Positions 9,658 to 19,595 of a DNA stretch of 64,000 bases are shown piece by piece. The position numbers and the translations under genes were made by a program. The notes under the pieces were generated by a model that worked only from the letters and a program-made list of their open reading frames with translations, made no database searches and was not told the origin of the DNA. The DNA is from Candidatus Bathyarchaeota archaeon (lineage in GTDB: Archaea; Thermoproteota; Bathyarchaeia; Bathyarchaeales; Bathycorpusculaceae), in the NCBI GenBank assembly GCA_963833575.1, contig CAWHXY010000007.1, forward strand, positions 416,001-480,000, read 5' to 3'. The first letter of the stretch is position 1; every line of letters begins with the position of its first letter.

Positions 9658-10476
9658 TTGAAGCATAGCTTTGCTAATTCTATATCAGACAAAATAATAA
9701 TTATAATTATTGGTCTTATAGTATTAACATATTTTCTTTTTATAACGGTGCCCATTTTAGCAGTTTTTTTGAAAATCGAACCAAGCCAAGTCAGCGCTCA
9801 AATTCGTAACGCCGGAATCATAGAAGCAATAAAACTCAGCTTAATTACATCAGCCATAGCAACGGTAATTGCTTTTGTCTTAGCGGTCCCATCGGCTTAT
9901 TTTATAGTGACCAGGAATTTTCCGGGAAAAATAATCATCGATACTCTTATGGATTTGCCCATAGTGTTGCCGCCTGCTGTAGCGGGTGTGGCATTGCTGT
10001 ACACTTTTGCCCCCAAAGGGTTACTGGGTCCAATATTCAATAGATTTGGATACATTATCCCAGGAAGCACAATAGCTGTAATTATTGCGGAAACTTTTGT
10101 CGCATCCCCGTTTCTTTTCAGATCGGCTAAAGTTGGATTTGAAAATATGGACAGAGATATCGTTAACAGCGCTAAAATGTTAAGTGGGTCTCGCATCAGG
10201 GTATTTTTCACGGTAACCTTTCCGCTTTCAATACGAGCGATAATTTCTGGAGCCATGATGACGTGGGCAAGAGCCATGGGTGAGTTTGGCGCAACGCTTA
10301 TGTTTGCGGGAAACATTGCAGGGATAACTCAGACGATGCCCTTAGCAATTTACAACTTCTTGTATTACGATCCCTTAGCTGGAATTACTTTATCTGTTAT
10401 ATTAATCATCATTTCATTCTCAATTCTGATTATAGTTAAGCTTCTTGAACAGAAAAAGTTTGGAGCCAAAAAATGA
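9658..10476 (+). CDS. modB: Molybdate ABC transporter permease
   Basis: DLPIVLPPAVAG, WARAMGEFGATLMFAGNI, TQTMPLAIY motifs. Confidence 0.92.
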   Translation: MKHSFANSISDKIIIIIIGLIVLTYFLFITVPILAVFLKIEPSQVSAQIRNAGIIEAIKLSLITSAIATVIAFVLAVPSAYFIVTRNFPGKIIIDTLMDLPIVLPPAVAGVALLYTFAPKGLLGPIFNRFGYIIPGSTIAVIIAETFVASPFLFRSAKVGFENMDRDIVNSAKMLSGSRIRVFFTVTFPLSIRAIISGAMMTWARAMGEFGATLMFAGNIAGITQTMPLAIYNFLYYDPLAGITLSVILIIISFSILIIVKLLEQKKFGAKK

Positions 10477-11576
10477 TACAGATTAATTCAATTTCAAAAG
10501 CCTTTAGCGAAAAAAAAGTTCTGGAAAACCTCAGTCTTGAAGTCAAAGAAAACGAAATCTTGTCACTGCTTGGGCCAAACGGGTGTGGAAAAACAACGCT
10601 GTTAAACATACTTTCGGGTTTGACCAGACAAGATGAAGGCAATATTTACATTAAGGATGTCTTAGTCAGCGGAAAAATGAGCACTAAGAAAATTTACATT
10701 AAGCCATCAGACCGCAAAGTTGGTTATGTATTTCAAAATATATCTCTTTTTCCGCACATGCGAGTTAAAGATAATGTCGCTTACGGATTAAAGGCACTAC
10801 ATTTGCCCAAGCATGAAGTTAAAAAAAGAACAGAGAAACTGCTTGATTTTGTTGGCCTCAACGAATACACGAAGTTTTATCCAAGCCAACTCAGCGGTGG
10901 ACAAAAGCAGCGCATTGCTTTAGCCAGATCTTTGGCGACTGAACCTCAAGTGCTGCTTTTAGATGAACCCGTCTCCGCTGTTGATCCTCAATTAAGGGAA
11001 TCTTTCAGACTTGAACTCAAGAACTATTTGCAGGCACTTAAAATCACCGTAGTTTACGTTACACATAATTTGTCTGAGGCCTTCGTTATGTCTGACAGAA
11101 TAGCGGTGATGGGCAACGGGCGAATAGAGCAGATAGGAAACAGAACAGAAATTTTTGACAAGCCCAGTTCGTCTTACGTTGCAAAGTTTCTTGGAGTCAA
11201 TGTTTTCAAAGGAAAAAGTGTTGGAACCCAAGCTGGCTTACTGGAAATTGAAGTGAATGGTGCACAATTATTTGGGCATGCAACCGATAATTTAATTGGA
11301 AAAAGAGTAATGGCTACGGTTAAGCCAGATAACATTATTATTTCAAGGTCGGCAGATGCAGATTTTAACGGGACGCTAGTCAATGCTGTTGAGTGCACAA
11401 TAAGTGAGATGACTCAAATGCGGTCAACAGTGCAAATTACCGTCGACGCAGGATTCCTGTTAAAGACCAGACTTTCGTTAAGCGAGGTTAAAAAATTAGC
11501 TTTAGCAATAGGGGATAAAGTGTACGCCCGTTTCAGTGCCGACTCACTAAATGTCTTTGCCGACGACAACAATTAA
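10473..11576 (+). CDS. modC: Molybdate ABC transporter ATPase with C-terminal TOBE domain
   Basis: GPNGCGKT, LSGGQKQR, LLLDEP, VTH motifs; overlaps modB stop. Confidence 0.9.
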   Translation: MIQINSISKAFSEKKVLENLSLEVKENEILSLLGPNGCGKTTLLNILSGLTRQDEGNIYIKDVLVSGKMSTKKIYIKPSDRKVGYVFQNISLFPHMRVKDNVAYGLKALHLPKHEVKKRTEKLLDFVGLNEYTKFYPSQLSGGQKQRIALARSLATEPQVLLLDEPVSAVDPQLRESFRLELKNYLQALKITVVYVTHNLSEAFVMSDRIAVMGNGRIEQIGNRTEIFDKPSSSYVAKFLGVNVFKGKSVGTQAGLLEIEVNGAQLFGHATDNLIGKRVMATVKPDNIIISRSADADFNGTLVNAVECTISEMTQMRSTVQITVDAGFLLKTRLSLSEVKKLALAIGDKVYARFSADSLNVFADDNN

Positions 11577-11679
11577 TAACATTTTACATCCAAAATAGCT
11601 CTTCGTTCGACCAAATCCATCCATCTTAACTTTGGTTGATTCACATCGTTGTTCAAAGAAAACTCAAAATGGAAAGATT

Positions 11680-13008
11680 TTACGAATGATGCTGAAGAGC
11701 GTAGCGTGCAGCGTCCAAGATCATACCGTTGGTGTTACTGCCTAGCCCCGGAACTGCGCGACCGGTAGTGTCAGCTCCGTCAGAGTAGCCGGTTGTAGGG
11801 TTAGGAAGATCTTTTTCAAGGTAAACGATGGTATTCTGGGCGTAAGTTGAATTATAAAGGGCTAAGAAACTAAATGCTACTTTACTGTAAACAATGGCAT
11901 TACCTGAATATAATGCGCCTCCAGACGTAGTTATTTCCCATGGAGTGCCATCTGGTCCAACTATCCATTCCCATAGATACTGGCTTGTGAAACTGTTTCC
12001 TTCGCTAAAAGCTACGTATTGACCTGTCGCATTATAGTAGGCTTCATGTGCGAGAAGAACCTGGTTTGCCAAGGTCAATAATTTGGAGTCGGTACTGTTT
12101 ACTTCGAAAATGGAGCATAGCATTGGTTCACAAGCAAGGGGAACTTTAGGCAATGAAACGTTACCATATGTTGTCACAGTTGGAGAACTAACGATGTTGT
12201 TTATTATGCTTTCCGGGACGCTACCGAGTTGTTGAGGCCAAAAGCTCGCGTATCCTCTATCAAAATAGTACCCGTAAATACTGTTTGAACTAGCATCACT
12301 TTCAAGACCAGGTATTAAAGCAGTGTAATCTGACCTATTACCATAGTTATCGTAGACAAAGTTGTTTATCCTTTGAGCCCAGCTTGGGTTGTACGTTTTT
12401 AGATTGTTGAGGGCAACAAATAATCGTCCAGTATCAACTATATCAACGGTACCTGTTGCCGTATCAGACAGTGAATGATAATCTTTTCCAGTCGTTGCAT
12501 CGTAGAACCAGAAAGGATAATGCGTAGTTTCATTCAGAGGCCGATTTTCCAAGTAACTTAATACCTTGTCTAACCGTGCGTAAGAACCCCACGTTCCGTT
12601 AGTGCTTATCAAGCCTATTTCCTGCGCGTCAATTACCGCCTGAATATAAACGCCTAAGTCCCAATCGGTAAGAGCTTTAAAGTATATGCCCCCAGCATAA
12701 GGAAGCCCAGTGTTATCGTCCACACCGATACCAGGTTGAAAATATGCCCAAGCATTATTAGCAACTCCAAGCCACATAGCAGAATTAACGGGTTGTCCAG
12801 TCTCGATTAATCCAGAGTTTCTAGTAGGATTCTGCTTTATGCCTAACCATTTTGATAGGTTTGAACTTTGGCCTGGTACAAAAGCAAAAAAAGAAAACAG
12901 CAAAGTGGCTATGATGACAAAAGCCACAAACAATTTTATTTTTCCGCTTAAGCGGAATTTAGATAATTTTTGAGCCATTGAAGCCACTGAGGTTTTTTGA
13001 TGCAACAT
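11680..13008 (-). CDS. DUF3131-like membrane-anchored protein (putative glycoside hydrolase, alpha/alpha fold)
   Basis: N-terminal TM; AWAYF…TGLP…TDWDLG…DTGRL…AFSEG…NTNGMIL pattern recalled for DUF3131. Confidence 0.6.
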   Translation of the reverse strand: MLHQKTSVASMAQKLSKFRLSGKIKLFVAFVIIATLLFSFFAFVPGQSSNLSKWLGIKQNPTRNSGLIETGQPVNSAMWLGVANNAWAYFQPGIGVDDNTGLPYAGGIYFKALTDWDLGVYIQAVIDAQEIGLISTNGTWGSYARLDKVLSYLENRPLNETTHYPFWFYDATTGKDYHSLSDTATGTVDIVDTGRLFVALNNLKTYNPSWAQRINNFVYDNYGNRSDYTALIPGLESDASSNSIYGYYFDRGYASFWPQQLGSVPESIINNIVSSPTVTTYGNVSLPKVPLACEPMLCSIFEVNSTDSKLLTLANQVLLAHEAYYNATGQYVAFSEGNSFTSQYLWEWIVGPDGTPWEITTSGGALYSGNAIVYSKVAFSFLALYNSTYAQNTIVYLEKDLPNPTTGYSDGADTTGRAVPGLGSNTNGMILDAARYALQHHS

Positions 13009-13219
13009 GGATAAATAAGGTTTGATTTAAAACTATACCAAAATTAGGCTGCACACACGACTTAAGAAGCGGAATCAAATTCGAGTTCTCATCCGAAATA
13101 ACATATTCCAAATTAAGCATCAAGCCCCAAAAATAGAGTTTTTCGATATGCAACATGAAAAGCAAGGCGCAATTTATAAAAACGAATCGATTAATCTTCA
13201 AGCAGGAGTGTGAACCCGT

Positions 13220-13771
13220 ACGGTTTTAGTTGTTGCTGCTGTAGGCGTAAGCGGTTCAGGAAAAACAGTAACCTTAGAATACTTAGTTTCCAAGCTTTCA
13301 GCGGAAGGCTACAAAATCGGCTCAATCAAACACGTCCACCACAAGGGTTTTACGATGGACAAAGAGGGCACGAACACTTGGCGGTACGCTAAAGCAGGCG
13401 CTAAAGTAATCGTAGCCATTTCGCCTGAAGAAATAGATATCATTAGGAAAACTGAGCTTGCACTTAACGACTTAGACAATATAATCGGGTTGCTGAAACA
13501 AGAAAAACTAGATATTGTTTTCATTGAAGGCTTCCACAGTTTAATCGCTAAGAGAGCAGATGTACCTAAAATAATCACAGCAAAAGACCAAAAAGGCCTT
13601 GAGCAGACTTTGGAGGGTACTATTCAACCGATTTTGGCGATAGCGGGAATAGTAGCTGAAGAATCAAGCAGCGCAGTATACAACAACATTCCAATTATTA
13701 GGGTGCCTGAAGATGGGCAAAAACTTGTAGAACTTATCAAAAAACAGTTAACACAAAATGAAACGGCTTAA
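13220..13771 (+). CDS. mobB: Molybdopterin-guanine dinucleotide biosynthesis protein B (start codon uncertain, non-canonical)
   Basis: Frame of ORF 13355..13771 extends upstream through VLVVAAVGVSGSGKT (P-loop) and IKHVHH to a TGA at 13211; IVFIEGF motif. Confidence 0.85.
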   Translation, partial: TVLVVAAVGVSGSGKTVTLEYLVSKLSAEGYKIGSIKHVHHKGFTMDKEGTNTWRYAKAGAKVIVAISPEEIDIIRKTELALNDLDNIIGLLKQEKLDIVFIEGFHSLIAKRADVPKIITAKDQKGLEQTLEGTIQPILAIAGIVAEESSSAVYNNIPIIRVPEDGQKLVELIKKQLTQNETA

Positions 13772-14874
13772 TGAGGAAACTGGCGATGGCTAAGCGGGCT
13801 GCATTGATTTTGGCAGGAGGAAAAGCTCGCAGATTCCAATCAATAGACAAAACCTGGCAAGACAAAGCCCTCGCAGAGCTCTCAGGAAAACCCCTACTGA
13901 TACATGCCATCGAAAATGTGGCTGACGTTGTGGACGAGGTCGCAGTAAGCGTAAATGATGAAGTACGTAAAGAAAAGTACACGGAAATTCTGAAAGAATA
14001 TGCTTTACAAAATGTTGAATTGATTGTTGACGAGGATTTTAGCCATATTAGTGGTCCTAACGTTGCCATTTTGTCTGGATTGAAAGCGATTAAAGCCACT
14101 TATTGTTTAACGTTACCCTGTGACATGCCGTTTCTCCAATCAAAGGTAGCTGATTATCTATTCAACGAGGCAGAGCGTTTTGAAGTCGCTGTTCCCATGT
14201 GGCCTAACGGCAGGCTTGAAACATTGCTGATGGTTCTGAAACGCTATGTTGCTTTAGAAATCACCGAAACACTTTGCGGCTTAAAGCGGCCACGTTCAGA
14301 CGACATCCCAAGAGGCGCCTCAAAACTGCTGCTGGCTTCTCCAATGAACCATATTAAAACCCTTGATCCAGAACTTAAAAGCTTCATCAACATAAACTCC
14401 AAAGAAGACCTGTTCAAACTACAAACCCGACGTTCGCATGGCCCCGTCACAGAAAACCTCAAGCTGAACGCGAATGCTTTAGCAATTTCTGATTTGCAAC
14501 TTCTTCGGAAAGGCGCCGAATTAATACAGGAAAACGAACTTTCGGACGCGCAGATGACATTTGGTCAGTGTGCCAGCAACTTTGAGTTTTCGAACTCGCA
14601 TTTTTGGGCAGCGTTAAGTCGGGAAAACCAAGGTGAAACATTTCTGAAGATGTCCCAGCTCCAACCTGACCCTAAAACTGCTGTCGAATTGGATTTTGAT
14701 GGCAAAGAGACTTTCGTTGAGGCTGCAAACAATTATCGATTAGAAGCAGAAATGTACGATGAAAACCGCTGCCGATTGCTAGCTGAACGAGCTTGGGCTG
14801 ACAAAGCATGGTGCGAGTCATGGGCTATGGGGAAACACAGCCATGCTCACAGATATCCATCTAAAATACGTTAG
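13771..14874 (+). CDS. mobA: Molybdenum cofactor guanylyltransferase with ~140 aa C-terminal extension
   Basis: LILAGGKARRF…DKAL, PCDMPF, FININSKEDL motifs. Confidence 0.88.
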   Translation: MRKLAMAKRAALILAGGKARRFQSIDKTWQDKALAELSGKPLLIHAIENVADVVDEVAVSVNDEVRKEKYTEILKEYALQNVELIVDEDFSHISGPNVAILSGLKAIKATYCLTLPCDMPFLQSKVADYLFNEAERFEVAVPMWPNGRLETLLMVLKRYVALEITETLCGLKRPRSDDIPRGASKLLLASPMNHIKTLDPELKSFININSKEDLFKLQTRRSHGPVTENLKLNANALAISDLQLLRKGAELIQENELSDAQMTFGQCASNFEFSNSHFWAALSRENQGETFLKMSQLQPDPKTAVELDFDGKETFVEAANNYRLEAEMYDENRCRLLAERAWADKAWCESWAMGKHSHAHRYPSKIR

Positions 14875-14881
14875 AATTGGT

Positions 14882-16150
14882 TCAGGTAATCTGCGTCATT
14901 TCTAGTTTTCCGAACAAATGAACGTCTACCTTAGAGTCTTTAGCACACTTTGTGTGAGGGGGAATGATTGAGTATCCGTTTGATTTTGTAATGGTTCTTA
15001 GGGCACTCGAACCGCCTTCAACTTGCTCAGCCAAAAGCTTACCCTCAACCCGTTTTAGATGAAGGAGCAGAAACCTGAATTGCGGACCAGAATCCACCGC
15101 TTCTGACAACTCAGCAGTCAAAAATGGGAGCAAACCGTCGCCCTCTAAACCGCAGAATTGTCGGATTATTGGGGCCACAAAAAGATAGAAGCCCGCAATG
15201 CAAGAACCAATGTGACCCGGCAGCATCACAACGGGTTTATTCTTAATGATACCGAAGCCTGAAACAGCACCAGGTCTCAGCGAGATGCCCTGCACAACAA
15301 CTCCCGGTTTTCCAAGCTGGTTTATTGCGTCTGGAACAAAGTCTTTCATACCCACCGACGTGCCGCCGATGGTAACAACGATATCTGCGTCGGTTAGTGC
15401 TTCGCCGATTTTGGCTTGCACCTGTTCCAGTTTGTCAGGCATTATACCCTTCACTTCGGCTGTTGCTCCTAATTCAAACGCCAATCCCGCAATCACCAAA
15501 GCATAGTTATTTGCGATTTTGGATGGGTCTTTTCTGCATTGGTTGATGAGTTCGTCTCCGCCTGACAAGATAGCGATTGTTGGCTTTTTGTAAACTTCAG
15601 CTTCGTTCATGCCGATTGAGGCGAGCAAACCGATGTCTTGCGGTCGCAGAACCTGCCCACATCTGAGGATCAGTGTGCCTTGTCTTACGTCGTCGCCCAT
15701 AGGTATGACGCCTTCACCTAACTTGATTTCTCGAACTACCTCGATTTTGTCCCCGTTTAGGCGGGTTTCTTCCGCTTTAACGGTTGAGGCCGCTCCTTTT
15801 GGGATGGGGGCTCCGCATGCAACGTAGATGGCTTCGCCGCCTGCCACCTCAGCCGTGGTAGGGTAGTTAGCTGGAAACAACTTGCCAACAACTCTGAAGG
15901 TTGCAGGCTTAGGGGGTGAGGCGCCAGCAGTGTCTTTGGGGTTGATTGCGTAGCCGTCGATGAAAGTTTTATCATAAGCTGGTATGTTGATTTTTGAAGT
16001 CGCATCTTTGGCTAAGACTCTACCAAGTGCTTCAGCTAAATTGACTTTTTCTGTCGACAACTTTTTTGACTTCACAGCATCAAGAAGCTTAGCTTGTGCT
16101 TCTTTTGGGTCAGCGCGTTTTGGCAATCGCATAATATCAGGTCGATTCAT
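14882..16150 (-). CDS. moeA: Molybdopterin molybdenumtransferase
   Basis: ALGRVLA, DGYA, GAPIPKGA, SGGDEL, GGTSVG.KDF, LPGH motifs. Confidence 0.92.
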   Translation of the reverse strand: MNRPDIMRLPKRADPKEAQAKLLDAVKSKKLSTEKVNLAEALGRVLAKDATSKINIPAYDKTFIDGYAINPKDTAGASPPKPATFRVVGKLFPANYPTTAEVAGGEAIYVACGAPIPKGAASTVKAEETRLNGDKIEVVREIKLGEGVIPMGDDVRQGTLILRCGQVLRPQDIGLLASIGMNEAEVYKKPTIAILSGGDELINQCRKDPSKIANNYALVIAGLAFELGATAEVKGIMPDKLEQVQAKIGEALTDADIVVTIGGTSVGMKDFVPDAINQLGKPGVVVQGISLRPGAVSGFGIIKNKPVVMLPGHIGSCIAGFYLFVAPIIRQFCGLEGDGLLPFLTAELSEAVDSGPQFRFLLLHLKRVEGKLLAEQVEGGSSALRTITKSNGYSIIPPHTKCAKDSKVDVHLFGKLEMTQIT

Positions 16151-16158
16151 CAGCTCAC

Positions 16159-16944
16159 CTATAGAATGATTCTTTCGAGCCCTGTGTAAACGTTCATGCG
16201 GTGTACACGCACAAAACCCACCAATGCTATATTGGCTTTTTCAGCTGAAGAAATTCCCGAATTCAAAACTGCCGCCACCGAAGCGACAATGGGCAAACCA
16301 ACTTTTGCCGCCTTGTAAATCATGTCACCCGGCACGCGCCCCGTAATGATCATGAAACATTGGCTGAAATCCTCCCTGTTCAGCGACGCTTGCCCTATGA
16401 CTTTGTCAACAGTGTTGTGCCTTCCAACATCCTCGGAAAAAGCGACCATCTTGCCGTCTGCCGTAAAAATTCCAGAGTCATGAAGCCCTCCAGTTTCTTT
16501 GAAACCTCTTGCAAGGCTGTTCATCTGATTAATCCCTTCCATTATAACTTCTGCTTTAACTGCCAAGTTGGATTTTACGACGGGTATTTTCTCATCATGC
16601 TGATAGGGCGATGTACTTGCCTTAATCAGCGGGATTATACGGGTGCTTCGCCGTGAGTTTTTCATTCGCTCATCCAAATCAACGCTTTCCGTTAGATAGA
16701 TCTCGCACTTGTTCTTTTCCTCATCTGAGCATAATGATTTTATTTCGTCAACTGTCCTCAAAATATTCTCCGCAAGCAAGTAACCGACTGCAAGCTCCTT
16801 AAACTGTGAGGGAGAGCACCAAATGACAAACGTGTAAGAATTATTTAATGAAATTTGAAGAGGAACCTCTTCAGCAACGCAATCAATCATTTTTTCCGCT
16901 TTTCCCGTGGCTAAGTCAAGCTTTACAATTTCAACTTGGCGCAT
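16159..16944 (-). CDS. fdhD: Formate dehydrogenase accessory sulfurtransferase
   Basis: AEEVPL, TGGLH, EDVGRHNTVDKVIG, TGRV motifs. Confidence 0.92.
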   Translation of the reverse strand: MRQVEIVKLDLATGKAEKMIDCVAEEVPLQISLNNSYTFVIWCSPSQFKELAVGYLLAENILRTVDEIKSLCSDEEKNKCEIYLTESVDLDERMKNSRRSTRIIPLIKASTSPYQHDEKIPVVKSNLAVKAEVIMEGINQMNSLARGFKETGGLHDSGIFTADGKMVAFSEDVGRHNTVDKVIGQASLNREDFSQCFMIITGRVPGDMIYKAAKVGLPIVASVAAVLNSGISSAEKANIALVGFVRVHRMNVYTGLERIIL

Positions 16945-17083
16945 AACGCTGATCCTCTGTTTATTGTTTTGTTTGAGCTCAGCGGCGTTGATAAGTTATT
17001 CGGCTACCTAAAAAGTCTGCAGATGAAAAAATAAAGTGAAAAATAAAAATTAAGCTGATGCGAATAGCGTTGCTAAGTAAGAA

Positions 17084-17905
17084 TTAAAGATATTTTTCAT
17101 ATGTTTTTAGTTGGGGGTTGTTCATTTTGGAGACGAATATTTTGCCTGTGCCGTGTTCTGCGAGGTCGCCTAGGAATACGTAGAAGGGTCCTGCGACGTT
17201 TGTTGTGTCGTCTACTTTGACTTTGGGTTTGACGCTGTCTATGGTGAATGTGGGCATGATTTCTGGGATTGTGCCTGTTATGACGATTTTGCCGCCTGTC
17301 ATACATGCTCCTGCCCTTGTGTCAACTTCTTTGTCCACCAAGATTGCGCCGTCGCTCATGTGATAACCGAGGAATCTGCCTGCTCCGCCTTTGATTTTGA
17401 GTACTCCACCGTGCAAGTAACAGCCTGAGTCACTTCCGACTTTGCCGTCAACAACTATTAAGCCACCTTTCATTCCTGTAGCTGTCCCGCGGTAAGGGGA
17501 AGCTAAATAGTCGCCTGCGTCTCCATGGACTTCAATTAAGCCGCCTTTCATGTCGTTGCCTGACCATCCGCCTATGTTACCGTTGATTGTGATTTTGCCG
17601 CCGGCCATTTTTTCGCCTGTATGCATTCCTGCGTCGCCGTTGATGAGGATTTCACCTGTTTTCATTGCTTGACCGATTCGTTTGACTTTGCCTGCATCTC
17701 CGTTTATAGTGATGTAAGGTGTTTCAAGATGGTCTTCATTGATTTCGAAGACGTCGCCTAGTTTTAGGTTGCGGTTTCCTTCGGTAACGGGCAGGTTTGC
17801 TATTTCAGCTATGTCTTTGCCTTTGAATACGTCGGGGCTTATGCATGCCGCTTGGACAGGTACGTCAAATTTTCTTTTGGGGATTAAGATGGTCATTTTA
17901 GACAC
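17084..17905 (-). CDS. fwdC: Formylmethanofuran dehydrogenase subunit C
   Basis: GXGXXG beta-helix repeats (GEKMAGGKI, GMKGG), operon position. Confidence 0.93.
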   Translation of the reverse strand: MSKMTILIPKRKFDVPVQAACISPDVFKGKDIAEIANLPVTEGNRNLKLGDVFEINEDHLETPYITINGDAGKVKRIGQAMKTGEILINGDAGMHTGEKMAGGKITINGNIGGWSGNDMKGGLIEVHGDAGDYLASPYRGTATGMKGGLIVVDGKVGSDSGCYLHGGVLKIKGGAGRFLGYHMSDGAILVDKEVDTRAGACMTGGKIVITGTIPEIMPTFTIDSVKPKVKVDDTTNVAGPFYVFLGDLAEHGTGKIFVSKMNNPQLKTYEKYL

Positions 17906-19595
17906 TTGCCTTTATGGTTAATTTTTCCGGAACCTTTAGGTAATGGTCGAACACTGGGTAATTGTCGTATTCGATTGTCCAGTATTGTTTGAATTTGCGT
18001 CTCATTTCGTCATCAACCACACATGGGTTTTTGGTTTGGACATCAAGCCACATAGTTCGGCCAGGTGTGGTGTTATTTACGACTTCGCCGTCTTTTACGA
18101 CGATTTTACCGTCTTTGATCGTGTAAGCTGCGTGTTTGAAGGCTTTACGTGCTATCTTGAATTTTTGGGCTATGTCAAGTTTTTCAGGGTTAATGTTGTA
18201 TATTGCTATGTCCGCGTCTGCACCGATCCCAAGGTGGCCTTTGTTTGAAAGCCCCAAAGCCTTTGCTTGTCCTGCACGGGTCATAATGGCTATTTCGTAG
18301 AGTGTCATTTCACGGTCGATTGTCGGGAGCAAGCTCTTATTCTGAGCTTTCTTGTTGCAATGTTTGAGTGTTGCTTCGCGGGCTTTCTTGCTGTATAGCC
18401 AAGCGAGAACACGTGGGTAAGCAAAGAAAGGCCCACCGTTAGGGTGATCTGTTGTCATAAACATTTTCCAAGGATCTTTTATGAGCAAAGCTAATTCCAA
18501 CCCGATAGACCATTGCAATGCGTTTACGGGACTGTTTTTCTTGTAGTGAAAAGGTATTATTCCGCCGCTGGTTTCGGTTTCGATGTCGCTGTTAACCCAT
18601 TTGTTGTGGCCGCCTAATTCGTAGAGTGAAAACTCGAAGGGGCCGTCAGCAGTCATGGTTGTGGTGTCTGTAAATATGACTTGGCCCATATCGAAGGTCA
18701 GGTGGTTGTGGGCGTTAATGTAATTTGAAATTTCTTCTGATGCTGATTTAAAGTGTGCCCAGCCGTCGCCTGCGAAACTTGCGAATTGCAAGTGAGTAAT
18801 GTGGCCAACTGGTTTGCCGTTGTAAGGCACACTTTCTAGCGCCTTCATAGTTTCAAGTGTTGTAGTGTAGTTGCCAGGTAATCCAAGGTTGTTAGTGTGA
18901 AGATGTATAGAGTGAGGTAAGTTAAGCAATGAGTTAACTTTGGCTAAGCCACATACAATTTCACGTGGAGTAATACAGAAATTAGCCACTTGATCATCAA
19001 TGCTGTGAACGTTATGCCCGAAACCCCAAGATTCTAAACCGCCTGGGTTAACAATTTTTATCGCATAACCCTTGGTTATATCCAGCATCCAAGCGACATG
19101 TTTAGCGCATTCTTCAATGTTGCCTTTAGCCAGGTTTTCTAATACAAACCACCAGTCGCCCAAAAGTGGATAAGTGGCTTTATCAAGCAAGGGTATGTCA
19201 TTTAATTCTTCATGGGTATGTTTAGCTTGCAGTGGCGCCATTGATGGATTCATGACGGTTGTGTAACCCATTCGAGAATAACGGTAACCAGTGGTAAAAG
19301 TGGAAGGAATAGAGTAGCCAGTACCACTACGGGTCATGACTGTTTTGCGTTCCACATCTTTAACGTGATCGTCAGGGCGAATTAGTCTGCCAGTGTTAAC
19401 TTCTCCACCCGCGATGTGTGTATGAATATCAACGCCCCCGGGCATAACAGTTAAGCCTGAGGCGTCAATTACTTGGGCTTTGCTACTGATTTTTTTGACG
19501 ATTTTTCCGTCTTTGATGGCTATATCCATTTTTTCTCCGTTAATCTTGTTAATGGGGTCAAAGACGAAGCCGTTTTTTATTAGTAACTCAGTCAT
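17898..19595 (-). CDS. fwdA: Formylmethanofuran dehydrogenase subunit A (amidohydrolase)
   Basis: GGVDIHTH, HLHTNNLG, TTDHPNGGPF, GHLGIGADAD motifs. Confidence 0.95.
   Translation of the reverse strand: MTELLIKNGFVFDPINKINGEKMDIAIKDGKIVKKISSKAQVIDASGLTVMPGGVDIHTHIAGGEVNTGRLIRPDDHVKDVERKTVMTRSGTGYSIPSTFTTGYRYSRMGYTTVMNPSMAPLQAKHTHEELNDIPLLDKATYPLLGDWWFVLENLAKGNIEECAKHVAWMLDITKGYAIKIVNPGGLESWGFGHNVHSIDDQVANFCITPREIVCGLAKVNSLLNLPHSIHLHTNNLGLPGNYTTTLETMKALESVPYNGKPVGHITHLQFASFAGDGWAHFKSASEEISNYINAHNHLTFDMGQVIFTDTTTMTADGPFEFSLYELGGHNKWVNSDIETETSGGIIPFHYKKNSPVNALQWSIGLELALLIKDPWKMFMTTDHPNGGPFFAYPRVLAWLYSKKAREATLKHCNKKAQNKSLLPTIDREMTLYEIAIMTRAGQAKALGLSNKGHLGIGADADIAIYNINPEKLDIAQKFKIARKAFKHAAYTIKDGKIVVKDGEVVNNTTPGRTMWLDVQTKNPCVVDDEMRRKFKQYWTIEYDNYPVFDHYLKVPEKLTIKASV

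Noticed and set aside
13208-13213. GTG-TGA upstream of mobB as selenocysteine read-through (given selD nearby)
   Set aside because: Position 2 of MobB is not a Cys/redox site, the sequence doubles as an SD motif, and no SECIS or Sec machinery is visible
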